Source of the DNA: Rhynchobatus australiae
Taxonomy: Eukaryota
Assembly (NCBI GenBank): GCA_034780895.1
Contig: JAUZTB010000011.1
Location: forward strand, 38,221,230 to 38,285,229
Direction: 5' to 3'
DNA length: 64,000 nucleotides
Shown: positions 12,556 through 27,100 of the stretch, one piece after another
Layout of the letters: every line of letters starts with the position of its first letter
Position numbering within the stretch: position 1 is the stretch's first letter
Notes under the pieces: generated by a model
The model's database searches: none
The model's input: only the letters and a program-made list of their open reading frames with translations
Told to the model about the DNA's origin: nothing
Made by a program: the position numbers and the translations under genes

Positions 12556-15500
12556 TAATTATTAAAGCTGTTTAAACATTTAATTATCACAACCATCATA
12601 AAAGATCTCAAATGTAATTGGATTAAAATGTTTTGGAGATGCCCTACTTTGTGTTAAATTACCTGTACTTCAGAACTTCTACAAATTTATTGGTAAAGAT
12701 TTCCATAAAATAATTCTAATATAATTAACCACTTGTTATTAGCTGTGATGCAGCTGTATCAATCTGTTTAAGGACAGAATTTGATTTTGGCAATATTTTA
12801 TAATTTGCCAAACAGTCAGATCTTCTACTTCTATTTTGTTTTAATGTAACAGAGCAATAAAACCATGTGCCTTATGCCAATAAATAACCGTAATCTGCAA
12901 AAGATATCATTCTTAAATTCTCCTTGCATAGTAGTTTTGTGTAGTAATTTGCAAAACTGCATTAATATTTTGGGCAAAAAACTCATTTCAAAACAATTCT
13001 AATAAAATTTACTCTATATTGCTGTATTATGCAATATTAACAGCATATAATGATATAAAACTTTCAAAAGTGTGGGCATACATTAAAATTTCAACCTGTT
13101 CAGTGCTAGCATGGTATTTTTAAATTGAGGACTAGATGAAAGCAACAGAGTATCAAAAACCTTGATGTGCAATATTTTCTTCTATAGTAAATTAAATGCC
13201 AGCATTGCTTTCTAACAAGATGCGATTTGTTGTGAGATGCTTAGCATGAGGCTACGTGCCTGCAACTCCTTTAGTGGAATTTGCTTCAGTGAAAATGCTT
13301 TCTGCCATTTCATTCGTATCTGCCTGGCTGGCTGCAGTTTAAAATGGTTCTTGAAAAGGTTCGAAGGTCAACTTGTGATTTTTAAAAAAATAACTGGAAA
13401 TAAACATGGGAGTCTTCAAGGTTTTGGAGACCAGGCCCTTAGTGAAATTGTATGCATGCAATAAACACATTTTGAACCCTTTTTTTTTATCATTGTGCTT
13501 TTGAATTAGTGTTTTGTTTTATTTTTTTCAGATGTACCAATTTCAAGGCATTAGGTACAAGTATAAATTCCATCTTAACTTTTCATTTGTTCAATTGCCT
13601 TTCTAATTTTCATATTTTACCCTTCCTTGGGTACAGAAGCATTTCAGATCATGAGCTCAACCATTCTTGGTGTTGTTATACTGTGTGAATTTGGAAAAGT
13701 AATTTAAAAAAAAGGCAGTCGGACAAGTAAATACACAAATATAAAATCATTACAAAATAATCTGAGATGACTCTTGGATTTTTTTAAAATCTCTTTTTAA
13801 GGGAGTGCTGCATTCCACATGGTACCTGAGGATAGTATTTAAACAAACTTTATGACTTTAGTTCAACTGACCATTAAAGCTGAAAATTTCTCCTGCTGTA
13901 TACAACAGGCTACTACTTTCAGTCCACTCATTAAAGTAAGGATCACAAACTTAACGAGCATCAAAGCAGAAAACGTTGGCTTTACATTCTGTGGAACAAC
14001 TTTAACAGGGTATATACATGATTTCTTTGCTGTTGCTCCTTAATTAACACTACTGAAAGAAAGAGACTGCATTCTATAAACAGGAAGATCCTACAAACAA
14101 GAATGAATTGTAGTGTTCAATTTGGCAATGAACTACAAATTTGGGAACAGCCTATCACTTGAAGCTGCATTAAGTAAATTTTCTTGCAAAGAAAGGTGGG
14201 AATTCAAAATAATCAGATCTGGATTTTGACTGTCCACTGCTTGAACACCTTTCCTTTTTATTCGTTATAGCCAAAATTCAAATGTGTAAAGTCTGCATCA
14301 GACAAAAACTTGACCTTCTGCACAATTATAATGTACTATTCTGACAGCTTCATTGAAAGATTGTTACTCCAAAATATTAGTTTTATATAAATAATACAGA
14401 CTCAACTGTTACAACGTGACAAATATATATTTCTGCTAAATGTTCAGTGACCAACAGTCATACATTTCTCACATCTTGTAGTTGCAGCCATAGCAACTTG
14501 TGCATTGGGGTAGACAGTGGGTGTGTATAAGTTGATTGTCAGCTATGTACTCTGAGAAAGATTAGAAAGTATAGACTTTGACACATTTTTCCATTGTTTG
14601 ACTTTTGTTCCTACAGTAGTCTTGAGTTTCTATTGATAGAAAAGGTGGCCAGATCCTCTTTTTGATAAGAATCTAATCTGGTTTAGGGTTGCCCTTGAAT
14701 TGCATAGAATGTTTAATCTGGTTATTAGTTCTGTAGGATCGGCAGAGAGGTCTTTTTGTTCAGTATGTAGTTGGTCCATTGAGACAGCCACTGCTCATCA
14801 CTATTGAGCAAGAGCGATTAGTTTCCTTCTTCACATCTTCATCCATAACTATCTGCTGACAAGAGATTTCTCGAGGTTCATCAGAGGGAAAATTTCATAC
14901 TCTTTCCTTTCCCCTGCCCACCCCTGAAGAAAAATTAGTTCCAATTACCACTCAATATATTTACAATTTATTAAAATTGTTTGCAGCAGCTGCATTTAAA
15001 TCCTTCAAACTTCTGTTTTATAAAAGATGTTTAACCTCTCCATTGTTCTTAATTATTTTAACATTTCAGCAACAATTTTTAAGCTTTTGGCATTTGCTTC
15101 TCAGTAAATGTACCAAACATACAGGAGCAACCTTTGTAATTGACCCAGGCTTTTGTTTTCAATCAAATGGGTCTTAACTGATCTGGTAAATTACTAACAT
15201 TCCTGAGAGATAGAGCAGTGCATTTGTGAGTTTGTAACATTGCCACTGTCTGCCTTAGCTGTCTCCTTCCACTGGATATTACATGGCAGACTTCAATGCT
15301 GGCTCTCAAACAAGGCTTCTATGTGCTGCTTGGGCCAGTATCATTTCTACTATTTGCTTCTGCAAATGTGTATTGAAGCAGACTTCTCACATTCAATAAA
15401 GAATTATCCTCCAGTTTGAAAGGGATGTGTCATACAAAATCCACTTTTTCAGCCCTTAAATACATTTTGTCATGTACTTAGAGTCTCTACAAGTGCCGAA

Positions 15501-16419
15501 AAGTTCTGTTTGGGTCATTTTTATTTTTAACCTCCATTCAGTTTTCTCTATTTCCTATTGCATTTTTTGAACAATAANNNNNNNNNNNNNNNNNNNNNNN
15601 NNNNNNNNNNNNNNAACCAATTTCTCTAACAGTTTAGCTTAGAGATGAAAAGATGGACACGTCTCAGTACACCACCACATCCAATAACAGGTAATAGATG
15701 ATAGTGGTCATCTCTAGTTTTCTTTGCATTTGGTTTGCATCTCAGCAGCATTGAGCTTGGAACCTGAATGTTACTAATCCAAGCTCCATTGCCTCAGAAA
15801 TTTCCCGTAATCAAAAAAAAAGTCATTTTGTGTGACCCACAATTTCTAGGATCTCAAGGACCAGAGTGTAGAACAAACATTAGAAATGAGGTAAGAGGCT
15901 GTGTTCCTACTTCCTCCCTCAGTTTTTATACTCCATTTGGATTACACAGATGAGGCCAACTTTGCCTATTGTGACTTGCCCTCAAGCCACAATCGAATCA
16001 CTGTACTCAAAGTAGTAATGATGCAAGGTTGTTTTCTCATAGTAATGTTAGCTAGAACACTGCCTTTGATCCAAAAATGCTGAACCAATGGCAATATATT
16101 TCCACAGCAGCATGGGATTGAACATGCTGCTCACCTTTTTATAACTGCTAAAGGTGCTGTTAAAGGCAGCTTAAGCAAATTGCTATGGTAGAGCTTGTAG
16201 GTAGTAGGCAGTACAGTCATGGTGCATTAGCTGCACAAGAGTGTTTCCTTGTGCTTAGAGCTACAATCACAAGGTAAAACTAATAGTACTTCAAATCACA
16301 GTGCCATAGGCAGTGAAAAAGTTAGGGAAAACATGGACAATTAACTGCTTGGTAATAGTGAATTATTTTTAACTGTGCATTCAATCAGGTACTATACTTG
16401 AACATTACCTTTCTTAAAA

Positions 16420-16940
16420 TAAAAGCTACAAATGCAGGAAATCCAAAAGAAAAACTGAAAATACTGGATATACTCAGCAGGTCAGGCCTCTGTGAGAAGA
16501 TAAAGAGTTAACTTTTCAGGTAGGACACCCTTCAGCAGAACTAGGATGGAGACAGAAGCTTGAAGCTGTAGGGATGGTGGTAGAAGGGGGATGGCTCCGA
16601 TAGAATAAAAGCAGGGAGATCATGGGGTATGCTGCAAAAAGGTATTCTAGTCAATGAGTGAATCGGAGCAGTAGACAGAGGAATGTAGGAGGTGCAAAAG
16701 AGGAAGGTATAGTCAGTTGGCATTGTCCTCAATTCCCAGAGGCAAAAATAGAAACAAAACCTGAGCTAGTGTCACAGATGGGTGAGAGATACAAACAGAA
16801 ATCAAGTTAACTGAAGTTGAACTCAGTATCATGTCCAGTAGGCTACCACATGCCCAGATGGAAGATGACCTGCTGTTCCTTAAGCTTGCATCAGGCCACC
16901 TTACAATAGTACAGAGTAGGGAAGGCCAGGTGATGGACAA
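16420..16940 (-). mobile_element. Penelope-like element 3' remnant (GIY-YIG C-terminus + terminal repeat with degenerate hammerhead core)
   Basis: - strand 16899->16807 translates VA*CKLKEQQVIFHLGMW*PTGHDTEFNFS*, resembling the PLE motif KLEEQHLIFRLG.LQP.G.N.EF. It is followed by ctgctga-agggt..acct-gaaa and the family tail. Confidence 0.7.
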
Positions 16941-18131
16941 AACTTGTGCAAAAGAAACAACAGATTTTATTTTTTACTTTTAGTCACTCCACACTGTTGG
17001 GCAATAAGATTTGGATATGACATAACCACATTAATTGGGTTGGCAGTCACAGCCAAGGCCCTCCTCTACCATGGCCTCTCCAGTCTGAGGACATGTGAAC
17101 AGATGTCTCAGAGTGCAGCACTATCACACTCTTTGTCTGCAAGGCATTTTCTCTGACACACAAGGTTTGTGGATTAGGAGAGGGTTAAGGAAGTGGTTTT
17201 ATCGGGGAAAGGGATGGAATTTGAGAATCAGGATTCATGGGAGAAAGGTGGTATAGGAGTCAGGGCGGTGTAGGAGTTCAGGGGAGTAATGGGTTAAAGC
17301 TCGGTGACTTAGTGGAAGTGGAGTAAAGGGCAAGGGATTACTTGAGCTGATCATGGCTACTATGGATCCCCACTATATAGTATCAGAGAAAGTTCCATAA
17401 GGGTAAATTTTATTCTGCATCTCAGATTTTTGGATAGTAATATGCAGATTCTTTAAGGATGAAATTTGTTGCCCAAATGGTCGTAATGTGGGGTTGCCTG
17501 AATAGTTTCAAACCTAGGCTATTCCAACAACTAGAAGTAGAGAGCATTGAGGAGATAAGGCTGCAGGGTGNNNNNNNNNNNNNNNNNNNNNNNNNNNNNN
17601 NNNNNNNNNNNNNNNNNNNNNNNNNNNNNNNNNNNNNNNNNNNNNNNNNNNNNNNNNNNNNNNNNNNNNNCATTTCCATTTCCATGGAGCAGGCTTGATG
17701 GGCCGAATGGCCTTCTTCTGCTCCCTGATCTTGTGAACTAAAGCCCATGATCTCTATTACATGTGGGACAATAACTGCAAGAAAACACAACCACTCAAAT
17801 GCTTTGTCCAAGTCCCATTCACCAGGAGGCTCACCACCACCATAAAGCCAATTATGGACAAGTAATAAATGCTAACCTTATCAGTGATGCCCAAAACCCA
17901 AAATAATTAAAATACAAGCATAATGTTTCTAAAAGCCACTAATACATATGATTTGCATTTTCCCATCTCCTGTAACTAATGTGAATGCAGTTGCTGGCAA
18001 CCCAGCTGTCAGGTGAAGTGCCTACAAGAACATGAGCAATGCATCAGGGAGCCCTAAAAATTAGAATAGCAATTTCTATCCCTCAATACAAATATCAATA
18101 ACCAAGTATCTTGTGCTTCATATTTCAGCAT

Positions 18132-18137
18132 TTTAAT
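18132..18137 (-). terminator. Candidate CNOT11 polyadenylation signal ATTAAA
   Basis: ATTAAA on the - strand followed by a GT/T-rich downstream stretch (ttggttattgatatttgtatt). Confidence 0.45.
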
Positions 18138-18505
18138 TTAAATAAAACTTTTGTAATCAATATCCATGAAGTTTCAATTTAAACATTGTTCACATCTTCT
18201 ACTTTAATACTTTATGAACTTTTTATCGTTAGATAAATGTGATAACCAGCACCATGTTTATACATNNNNNNNNNNNNNNNNNNNNNNNNNNNNNNNNNNN
18301 NNNNNNNNNNNNNNNNNNNNNNNNNNNNNNNNNNNNNNNNNNNNNNNNNNNNNNNNNNNNNNNNNATGGTGTTAAGAAATGAAATAAACTGGTTGTATTC
18401 TTTTAAAGAAAGTACATCCTACCCCAAATTAAATAGTCAGCAAAAAGATGTTCATTGCTATATAACTCTACCCTCCCAAAATGTGACCAGAATGCCAATC
18501 AGTAT

Positions 18506-19037
<532 letters not shown>

Positions 19038-19333
19038 CTACTGCAGTGGTCGACTTTACTNNNNNNNNNNNNNNNNNNNNNNNNNNNNNNNNNNNNNNNN
19101 NNNNNNNNNNNNNNNNNNNNNNNNNNNNNNNNNNNNNNNNNNNNNNNNNNNNNNNNNNNNCAGTTTGTATACTTGTATAACAAGAAAATAAATCAGGTCC
19201 CATTTGGGCAAACTTGCTGGTTAAGAAAGCCTTACGGTTTTGAAACAAAACTAGTTACTTTTCCAGTTGTGCACTGAAATCACAGAAAAGTTTCCAATGC
19301 ATTTCCATCTTAAGTTGTGAATCTTGCCTTCCT

Positions 19334-19531
<198 letters not shown>

Positions 19532-20758
19532 CTAAAAGATAAAAGAGTTAGTTTACACAGTGGTGGTAGTGGTGCAAAGTTTATCACATAGCTTACTTTT
19601 CACTCTGAGCAATACATAGCTAATACACTTGATCTGTGAAAACATATATTCATCCCTCCCTGTACCAGTTAGGTTTCTCTGGCCCTGTGGTGCATCACTG
19701 TGCTCCTTAATTCTGGTCATCCAAATTTTGACTGCCCCATCTTTAGTAGTTGTCTAAGATTTACCTGCCCAAAAGGTGCTCACTTCTCTGTCCTCTCTTC
19801 CATACCCTAATTTTTCCACTGGGGTAAAACTTAAAGCACATGACACACTGAAGTATGGACAATGTCAAACCATATCTGGGAAATAGATTTGATCATCAAT
19901 GGTAGAGAGCTGGAAGAGCAACTTGTAAAGATGTAAATAAAAATCTTTAGTCAAAAACCAGAGTCTTGAATTTAAAAGGCAATTATAAAGATGCAATGGG
20001 TTCAGGAAAAAAAGTGTTATATTGAGATCAACAAGCAACATTCTGAACCCCAGGTACTTCAGCCTGTTCACTGCAGCTGGAGAGACTAGAACTAGGATCC
20101 TAATCACAGCACAAGGGACCAGCCAATTAAACAGTGAAAAGGAGAAATTTCATCATACAAAAGGACTGGAATTCCCTGCCTGTGAACACTGCACGTGCTC
20201 AGTTGTTTAGCATATTCATGGTAAGAATGATAGACATTTAGACACAGAGAAACAGGAGATGAGGGATCTCTTCCGAGGTCAAGGTGCTGCATGGCCTCCT
20301 TCTGCTATTTCTTATGTTAAGAGCTTGATGCTTTACACAACTCAGTAAAGGATTCCAAACTATATTTTTCTTTGGGTGTTGGTCGGGGGGGGTGTGGGGG
20401 GAGGGGGGGCCGCAGAAAGGAATAAGGAAATCAGAAAAAGATTGAAGGCATAAAGTCAATCCACATGGAAAACTGGAAGGTCACATGCAAGGCAAAAAAA
20501 ATGCAACCTCAAAACCCCATTAATCATGCATGCAGTGAGTAGAACCCATCAGTTTCAGTCCTAGGCAAACTAGTCGAAGGGGGGAGCAGCAGAAATAATT
20601 CTAACTATTCCATACTCCTTGAGGTATGCTCCAAAGGCTGCCAACCCTGCAGTTACATGTGACAAAGCATCTGTTCTCTAATAATACACAAATGTATAAA
20701 TACAACATATAGAAGGTGCACACATTAACAGCAACTACTGTAGAAAAAAATCAATTCA

Positions 20759-20923
<165 letters not shown>

Positions 20924-21369
20924 TTATACTATAATTTTTGTCAAAAAACATTTCCCAGCTATCTACTGACCAGTGGAGGTAGTCAACATGTGTGGTATCA
21001 AGCAAGGGAAGAATAGATTTAAGCCGTGTTCAACAAAGTCAAACCTGGGCACGCAGAGTTTGCCAATAAAACAAATTGTAGAATTTTGGTATTTTTCACA
21101 TTGACAGATGAGAGTGTTAAATTTTAAAGTGCTAGTCATTTCAAATACCAAACCCAGAATCATGTGAATTCCTGCTGTGAACATGTTAAGTGAAGACAAA
21201 ATTGGGAACAGATTGATCAACAAGACATTATTAAAACAAAGCTCTTACAGCACAACATACTCTAAATTCGCACATTTTGAAGAGTGTCAAGGGTCGTTCC
21301 CTTTCTTATGTGCAAATGTCTTGAGCAGAGCAGTGCTAACATAGGAGAAAAAACAAAGCACAGAACTTA

Positions 21370-21573
<204 letters not shown>

Positions 21574-23299
21574 CTACCACAAAAGAAAGGAAAAAAAACG
21601 TTGTTACTTAAATGCATTATTGATGTGTGCCAATCTGCAGAGATAGTGTCAAATGATAGATCGGTAATAACTACTGCAGAATTAGAACTAGCATCAATGC
21701 ATACTGAAATTATGATTTTAGCACTGCAAAACTGTAGTTCTAAAATTGATAAATCAGTTAATCATATATAGAAAATGGAAAAAAACATACCAATGTAAAC
21801 TTCAGATTATTTCACAAGTAGTTTCCAGCAATTACTCTGAAAGCAATTTTAGTGTAATATGCATAAACCCAAGAAACTATATTGTAATCATTCAAAACCA
21901 TTTCTTAAAATGATATAAACACGCAGTATTCTAAATTTAAAAGTTCTAACAAGTTTTAAAGGTTGAACATCTACATTGAATGCAGACAAATATACTGCTG
22001 TAATCTCTATGGCTTTAGCTGTCATCTTCAATCCTGATCTCCTACTCAGTGGTACTCCTACTGGTGAGTGCACTCTCTCTTCCACTCACCCCACCCCCCC
22101 CCCCCCCAAAAAAACTTCAGCTACCTAGGTGCCAAACTCTGAAGTTCCTTCCCTAATCCCTCCAATTTTCTCTACTTCAAGATGTTAGGACCTGTAACTT
22201 TCACCAAACCCTTTGGTCATCTGTACAAATACATGCATTAGTGTCAAATTTTGTCTGATACTGGTCCTGTGAAATGCAATGCAACAATTTACTGCAAAAA
22301 AATAGGTATACANNNNNNNNNNNNNNNNNNNNNNNNNNNNNNNNNNNNNNNNNNNNNNNNNNNNNNNNNNNNNNNNNNNNNNNNNNNNNNNNNNNNNNNN
22401 NNNNNNNNNNNNNNNNNNNNNNNNNNNNNNNNNNNNNNNNNNNNNNNNNNNNNNNNNNNNNNNNNNNNNNNNNNNNNNNNNNNNNNNNNNNNNNNNNNNN
22501 NNNNNNNNNNNNNNNNNNNNNNNNNNNNNNNNNNNNNNNNNNNNNNNNNNNNNNNNNNNNNNNNNNNNNNNNNNNNNNNNNNNNNNNNNNNNNNNNNNNN
22601 NNNNNNNNNNNNNNNNNNNNNNNNNNNNNNNNNNNNNNNNNNNNNNNNNNNNNNNNNNNNNNNNNNNNNNNNNNNNNNNNNNNNNNNNNNNNNNNNNNNN
22701 NNNNNNNNNNNNNNNNNNNNNNNNNNNNNNNNNNNNNNNNNNNNNNNNNNNNNNNNTGCATTCTATGCCCTCTAGATACAAACAGTGTGGATTACATTTT
22801 TACAGTCTTTGCTACTTTTATTGATATTTTCACACCAAAGTCACTTTGTATTTTTATTCCCTATAATATGTCACTATGTAATGGTTATAACTTTCAATCC
22901 TTCAATTTCCAAATCCAGATTAACAGTAGTTTAAGCAACTACCAATCTGTAACCTTCCAATGGAAAACATTTTTCTTTATTCCTACTGTTTTCATTTGTC
23001 CTTCAAATATCACAGCTGAGACTTGTGACTTGGATATCTTAATAGGTGCTTTTCAAAACTAACCATAGCCACAGCCTTTATCTTCAATTATTTAAATAAT
23101 TATACACAGTTAGTCATGCAAACCTGATACTGACTGGTCCTAATTAACCAGTGAGATTTTTCTTCTGTATTTGGAATCCCACCATGTTTTATACACATGT
23201 GGTTTATTAAAGACTAACCTGGCTATCACTTTCTGCCTTTTCTTTATTACTTCTCTGCCGCTCTCCAGTTCTCTGGCACAGTACTAATATTCGTAGAGT

Positions 23300-23950
23300 G
23301 TTGGATTTATTTTAAAGAGCATCTGCAGCTGGAGGAAGCAGATTCTATGTTTCCAGTACAGGAAGTTTCTTATTTTCCACTTCAATAGCCGGGGGAAAAA
23401 CGGCAGCCAACATATTTTCAGCCTCCACTTTTGTCATTCTGAGCCCAGGAAAATGAAGATAACTTCAAACCACCTGCTTGATTTACTCTCCACAGCATCA
23501 TATAGAGGCAGAGTGAAAAATGCATGGGAATTTATTGTTCTGATCAGTTTGGCTTGTGTAAATTTGAGAAAATCCACATTACTCTCCTCTAGCCTCCTTG
23601 CTACCTCCTCAAAAATTTCAAACATGTTAGTAAGACACAAGTGTCCAAAAAAAAAATCCATCTAACAGTCCCTAATTAATCTGCATCTTTCTAAATGAAG
23701 ATTGATAATATCCATTTAGAATTTTTCTAATTATTTGCCAATCTAATGTGTTAAGCCCACTGGCTCTGTAAATTGTACTATTTATTCCATTGTTCCACAA
23801 CAGTGCCACATTATCAAATCTTCAGTCTTCTACAAGTCATGGTGCTTATAGCTGGAGGAGCATAGAAAATATTAGTAAGAATCTTTGCTATTCCTTTTAC
23901 TTCTCTTAGCAGCCTAGGATACATTTTATCTAGAATATATTTCATCCCAG
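23300..23950 (-). mobile_element. Decayed CR1 fragments in CNOT11 intron 4
   Basis: - strand peptides resembling LTNMFEIFEEVARRLEE..VD and DKMYPRLLREV..IAKILT.IF. Confidence 0.6.
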
Positions 23951-23954
23951 AGAA

Positions 23955-24150
23955 ATTCCCTTTATTCCACCTATCACCCTCCCCCACCATCTCTGCCACC
24001 CGGACTAACTCATTTCTCTCAGTTCTGTTGAAGGGTCCCAGACCTGAAATATTAGCAGTTTCTCTTTCCACAGATGCTGCCTGACTTCCCAAGTTTTTAA
24101 AATCAGCATTTATTTCAGCATTTATCTGCAGTTTTATTTTTATTTACATT
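23955..24150 (+). mobile_element. Penelope-derived terminal repeat, degenerate hammerhead core
   Basis: ctgttga-agggtcccagacct-gaaa-tatta...tccacagatgctgcctgac. Confidence 0.6.
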
Positions 24151-27100
24151 TTTTTTTCTTGGAGTTGGCAATTTACACACTATCAAATATAGTAAACCAT
24201 CAATATTTTCTCACTCATTGCTTATTATAGCCAATATTTCACTCCTCTTCTAAGTTCAATATCCATNNNNNNNNNNNNNNNNNNNNNNNNNNNNNNNNNN
24301 NNNNNNNNNNNNNNNNNNNNNNNNNNNNNNNNNNNNNNNNNNNNNNNNNNNNNNNNNNNNNNNNNNNNNNNNNNNNNNNNNNNNNNNNNNNNNNNNNNNN
24401 NNNNNNNNNNNNNNNNNNNNNNNNNNNNNNNNNNNNNNNNNNNNNNNNNNNNNNNNNNNNNNNNNNNNNNNNNNNNNNNNNNNNNNNNNNNNNNNNNNNN
24501 NNNNNNNNNNNNNNNNNNNNNNNNNNNNNNNNNNNNNNNNNNNNNNNNNNNNNNNNNNNNNNNNNNNNNNNNNNNNNNNNNNNNNNNNNNNNNNNNNNNN
24601 NNNNNNNNNNNNNNNNNNNNNNNNNNNNNNNNNNNTACAGAGAATGTGATCCTGCAACACAAAAGTATAACAAATTGGAATATTCAGAGAGGCTATGGGT
24701 ATGATACAGACACACTGGGTTTTTCTGGTTCACTTTAAGAGTCAGAAAGTGGACTTTGATCTGCTCTTCATATGCAAACTCTAAAGTGTTAATATTATGT
24801 GCTCAAGACTGCAAAACCACTCTTGTTGCTGCACTGAACACTTCCACTTTGTCAACATGTTTTTTAAAAGAGAAGGTAGAATTTAAATTACAGACCACTT
24901 TAATGAAATCTAACAAACATATACCAATGTATTGCTTCTTGCATACTAGATATTTTAACCAGTGAACTTGGTAGTAATAAATATCATCAGCAGCCCTTGC
25001 CGTATTGATGAATATGTTATCAGACAGATGTGCTTGCATTGTTGTTATTTTAGGTTTCATATGATTGAAAATTGTTTTTAAAGGCACATTAAACTGTCTG
25101 TAGATACAATGTGATATCAAATGAATGCTCTATCTTTTAGAGGTTCAGCATAAATAGAATTCCATCAAGACTCCGTGAGAGAGACCTTTACAGACAGAAG
25201 CATTCCAATAATGTGTGTTGTAACTTAAATAGTTTTTTTTAAGTAAACATTAGACAACTATCATAAATGCTGGCACTGTTTCAGATGCAGCATTATTTAA
25301 TGGTAGACCCCCATAATAAAGGCAATCTCCTATGTGCATCCTAACTACAATACTTGAGTCAGAAATTGTAAAATGGCCCAGATTTTGCTTGCTGCTGTCT
25401 TACAAAGAAGTTATGAATGCATGCTGCACACTCCCCCATCAGGATTATGTGGACAGTAGTCAGCCCAATTCTCAATGGGGAAGCCCAGTATAATGGCAAG
25501 ACCCCTTGCAATGTAAATTTCACTGTGTGTGGAGGTGGGGAGAGGCTTATTCATTCTCTCTATTTTCACTGTATTTAATATTATGCATTTTTTGTCCTTT
25601 AACTGAAATGCTTTCCTTTTTTTTGAAGGTAAATACTAAGTATTCATTTAGAACCAATCCATGTCTTTTGTATCCACACCCCCATTAGTTTCTCAATTTC
25701 CAAAAAGGCCCTACTCTGTTATTCTCTTGCACTATATTCAAAACAGCTTTAAGTTTATCTGACACATTTATCTTTTTTGTCTTTTCCTACCCAACATGCT
25801 ACTAGACATCCAGAAGGGTCCAGATTTGGGAACTCCAAGCTTTTTCTTAGTGGTAATGTTCCAACCTCTAGCCCTTGAATATTTCCCTTTGTTCTTATAC
25901 CAACTCATCTTCCAGTAGCTATTTTCACTCCCATTTTACCAAGTCATCTATCAGCCTGGAAAAAGTGGCATTACCCCAATTAAGAACTGTGACTCCTGGT
26001 CCATCTGTCCTTTCCCAAAGCCATGCTAGATCTAACTCCATTATGGTTGCTACCACCAATGGCCCTTCCACCTGCTCAGGTGCACTGCCTTAAATCAAGT
26101 TCAGAACTGCCCCTTCTCTTGTTGAGATTGTGACAATGGATTTTTAAAGATGCTGCAACCTCTATACCTTTCACACTGTTCACAGGATTGTTGAAATCTC
26201 CTAATTCTTCCCTATTGTTTTTAAACTTCTCAAGCATCTGCTTATATATTTCTCATTTTTCTCTCCAACAGTTTAGATGAGTAGCTCGTCTTAGTTTGCT
26301 CCCAGCAGTATGATTGCTCTTTACTTCCCCCTCAGTTCAACTAGGTTGGGCTCATGTTGATTTTTTTTTTAAGCACATCATCTTTACTCAGTTGTAATTA
26401 AGTTGCTTTAACTGATACTGTGATTTTATTTTTAAACAACTGTCATGTCATCTGAGACCATGTAACCAGGAACCATACCTAACCTCATGTTTCACTTATA
26501 GCTATATCATTTCCTTAAGTGTTTAGATGTGCAATCAGCCCATCCACTTTATTTCCCTAGATACCCCTAACTGAAGCCTATTCCACTACGCGCAGTCACT
26601 GTTCTAGACTTTGTTTCCTCTAGCTAATTTCCTTTACAGAAATTATAGAAAGATTTTAGTAATTTCCTGACAATAAATGTCTACAATTCCCTGGATTTCC
26701 TCTTTCAATTTTCATACAGAGAGTTGACATGTATAATTTTCCAAACTAAAGAAACATTTCCTGAATTGAGATTGCCGTCAGGACATGCAATGTTCTCATG
26801 CACTTCTTTAAAATCTGGGATAAAAACCATTTTGTACTGGAGATCTGTCATTTTTTGGTGCTAATGTTTTCCCCATTATCGTTATTCTGTTTGTCACAAG
26901 TCCCACCCCTTACTTAATATTAATTTTCTTGGACATACAAACTATCCTCTTCTTCTGCTCTAATTACTTAAAGTAATTACTCAACATCTGCCATGTTATT
27001 ATTTTTATTGAGTGTCAACAACTTTCCAAGGATAAAGAGACGAGGCAAGGTCATTGGATACCTTACATCTTTTACATCTAATACTTTTGAAGAGTAATCA

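Noticed and set aside
8661-18100. SNORD89, which lies at the RNF149 3' end in human
   Set aside because: I could not find a C/D-box pair with similarity by eye. It may be absent, diverged or in a gap; an Infernal search is needed.
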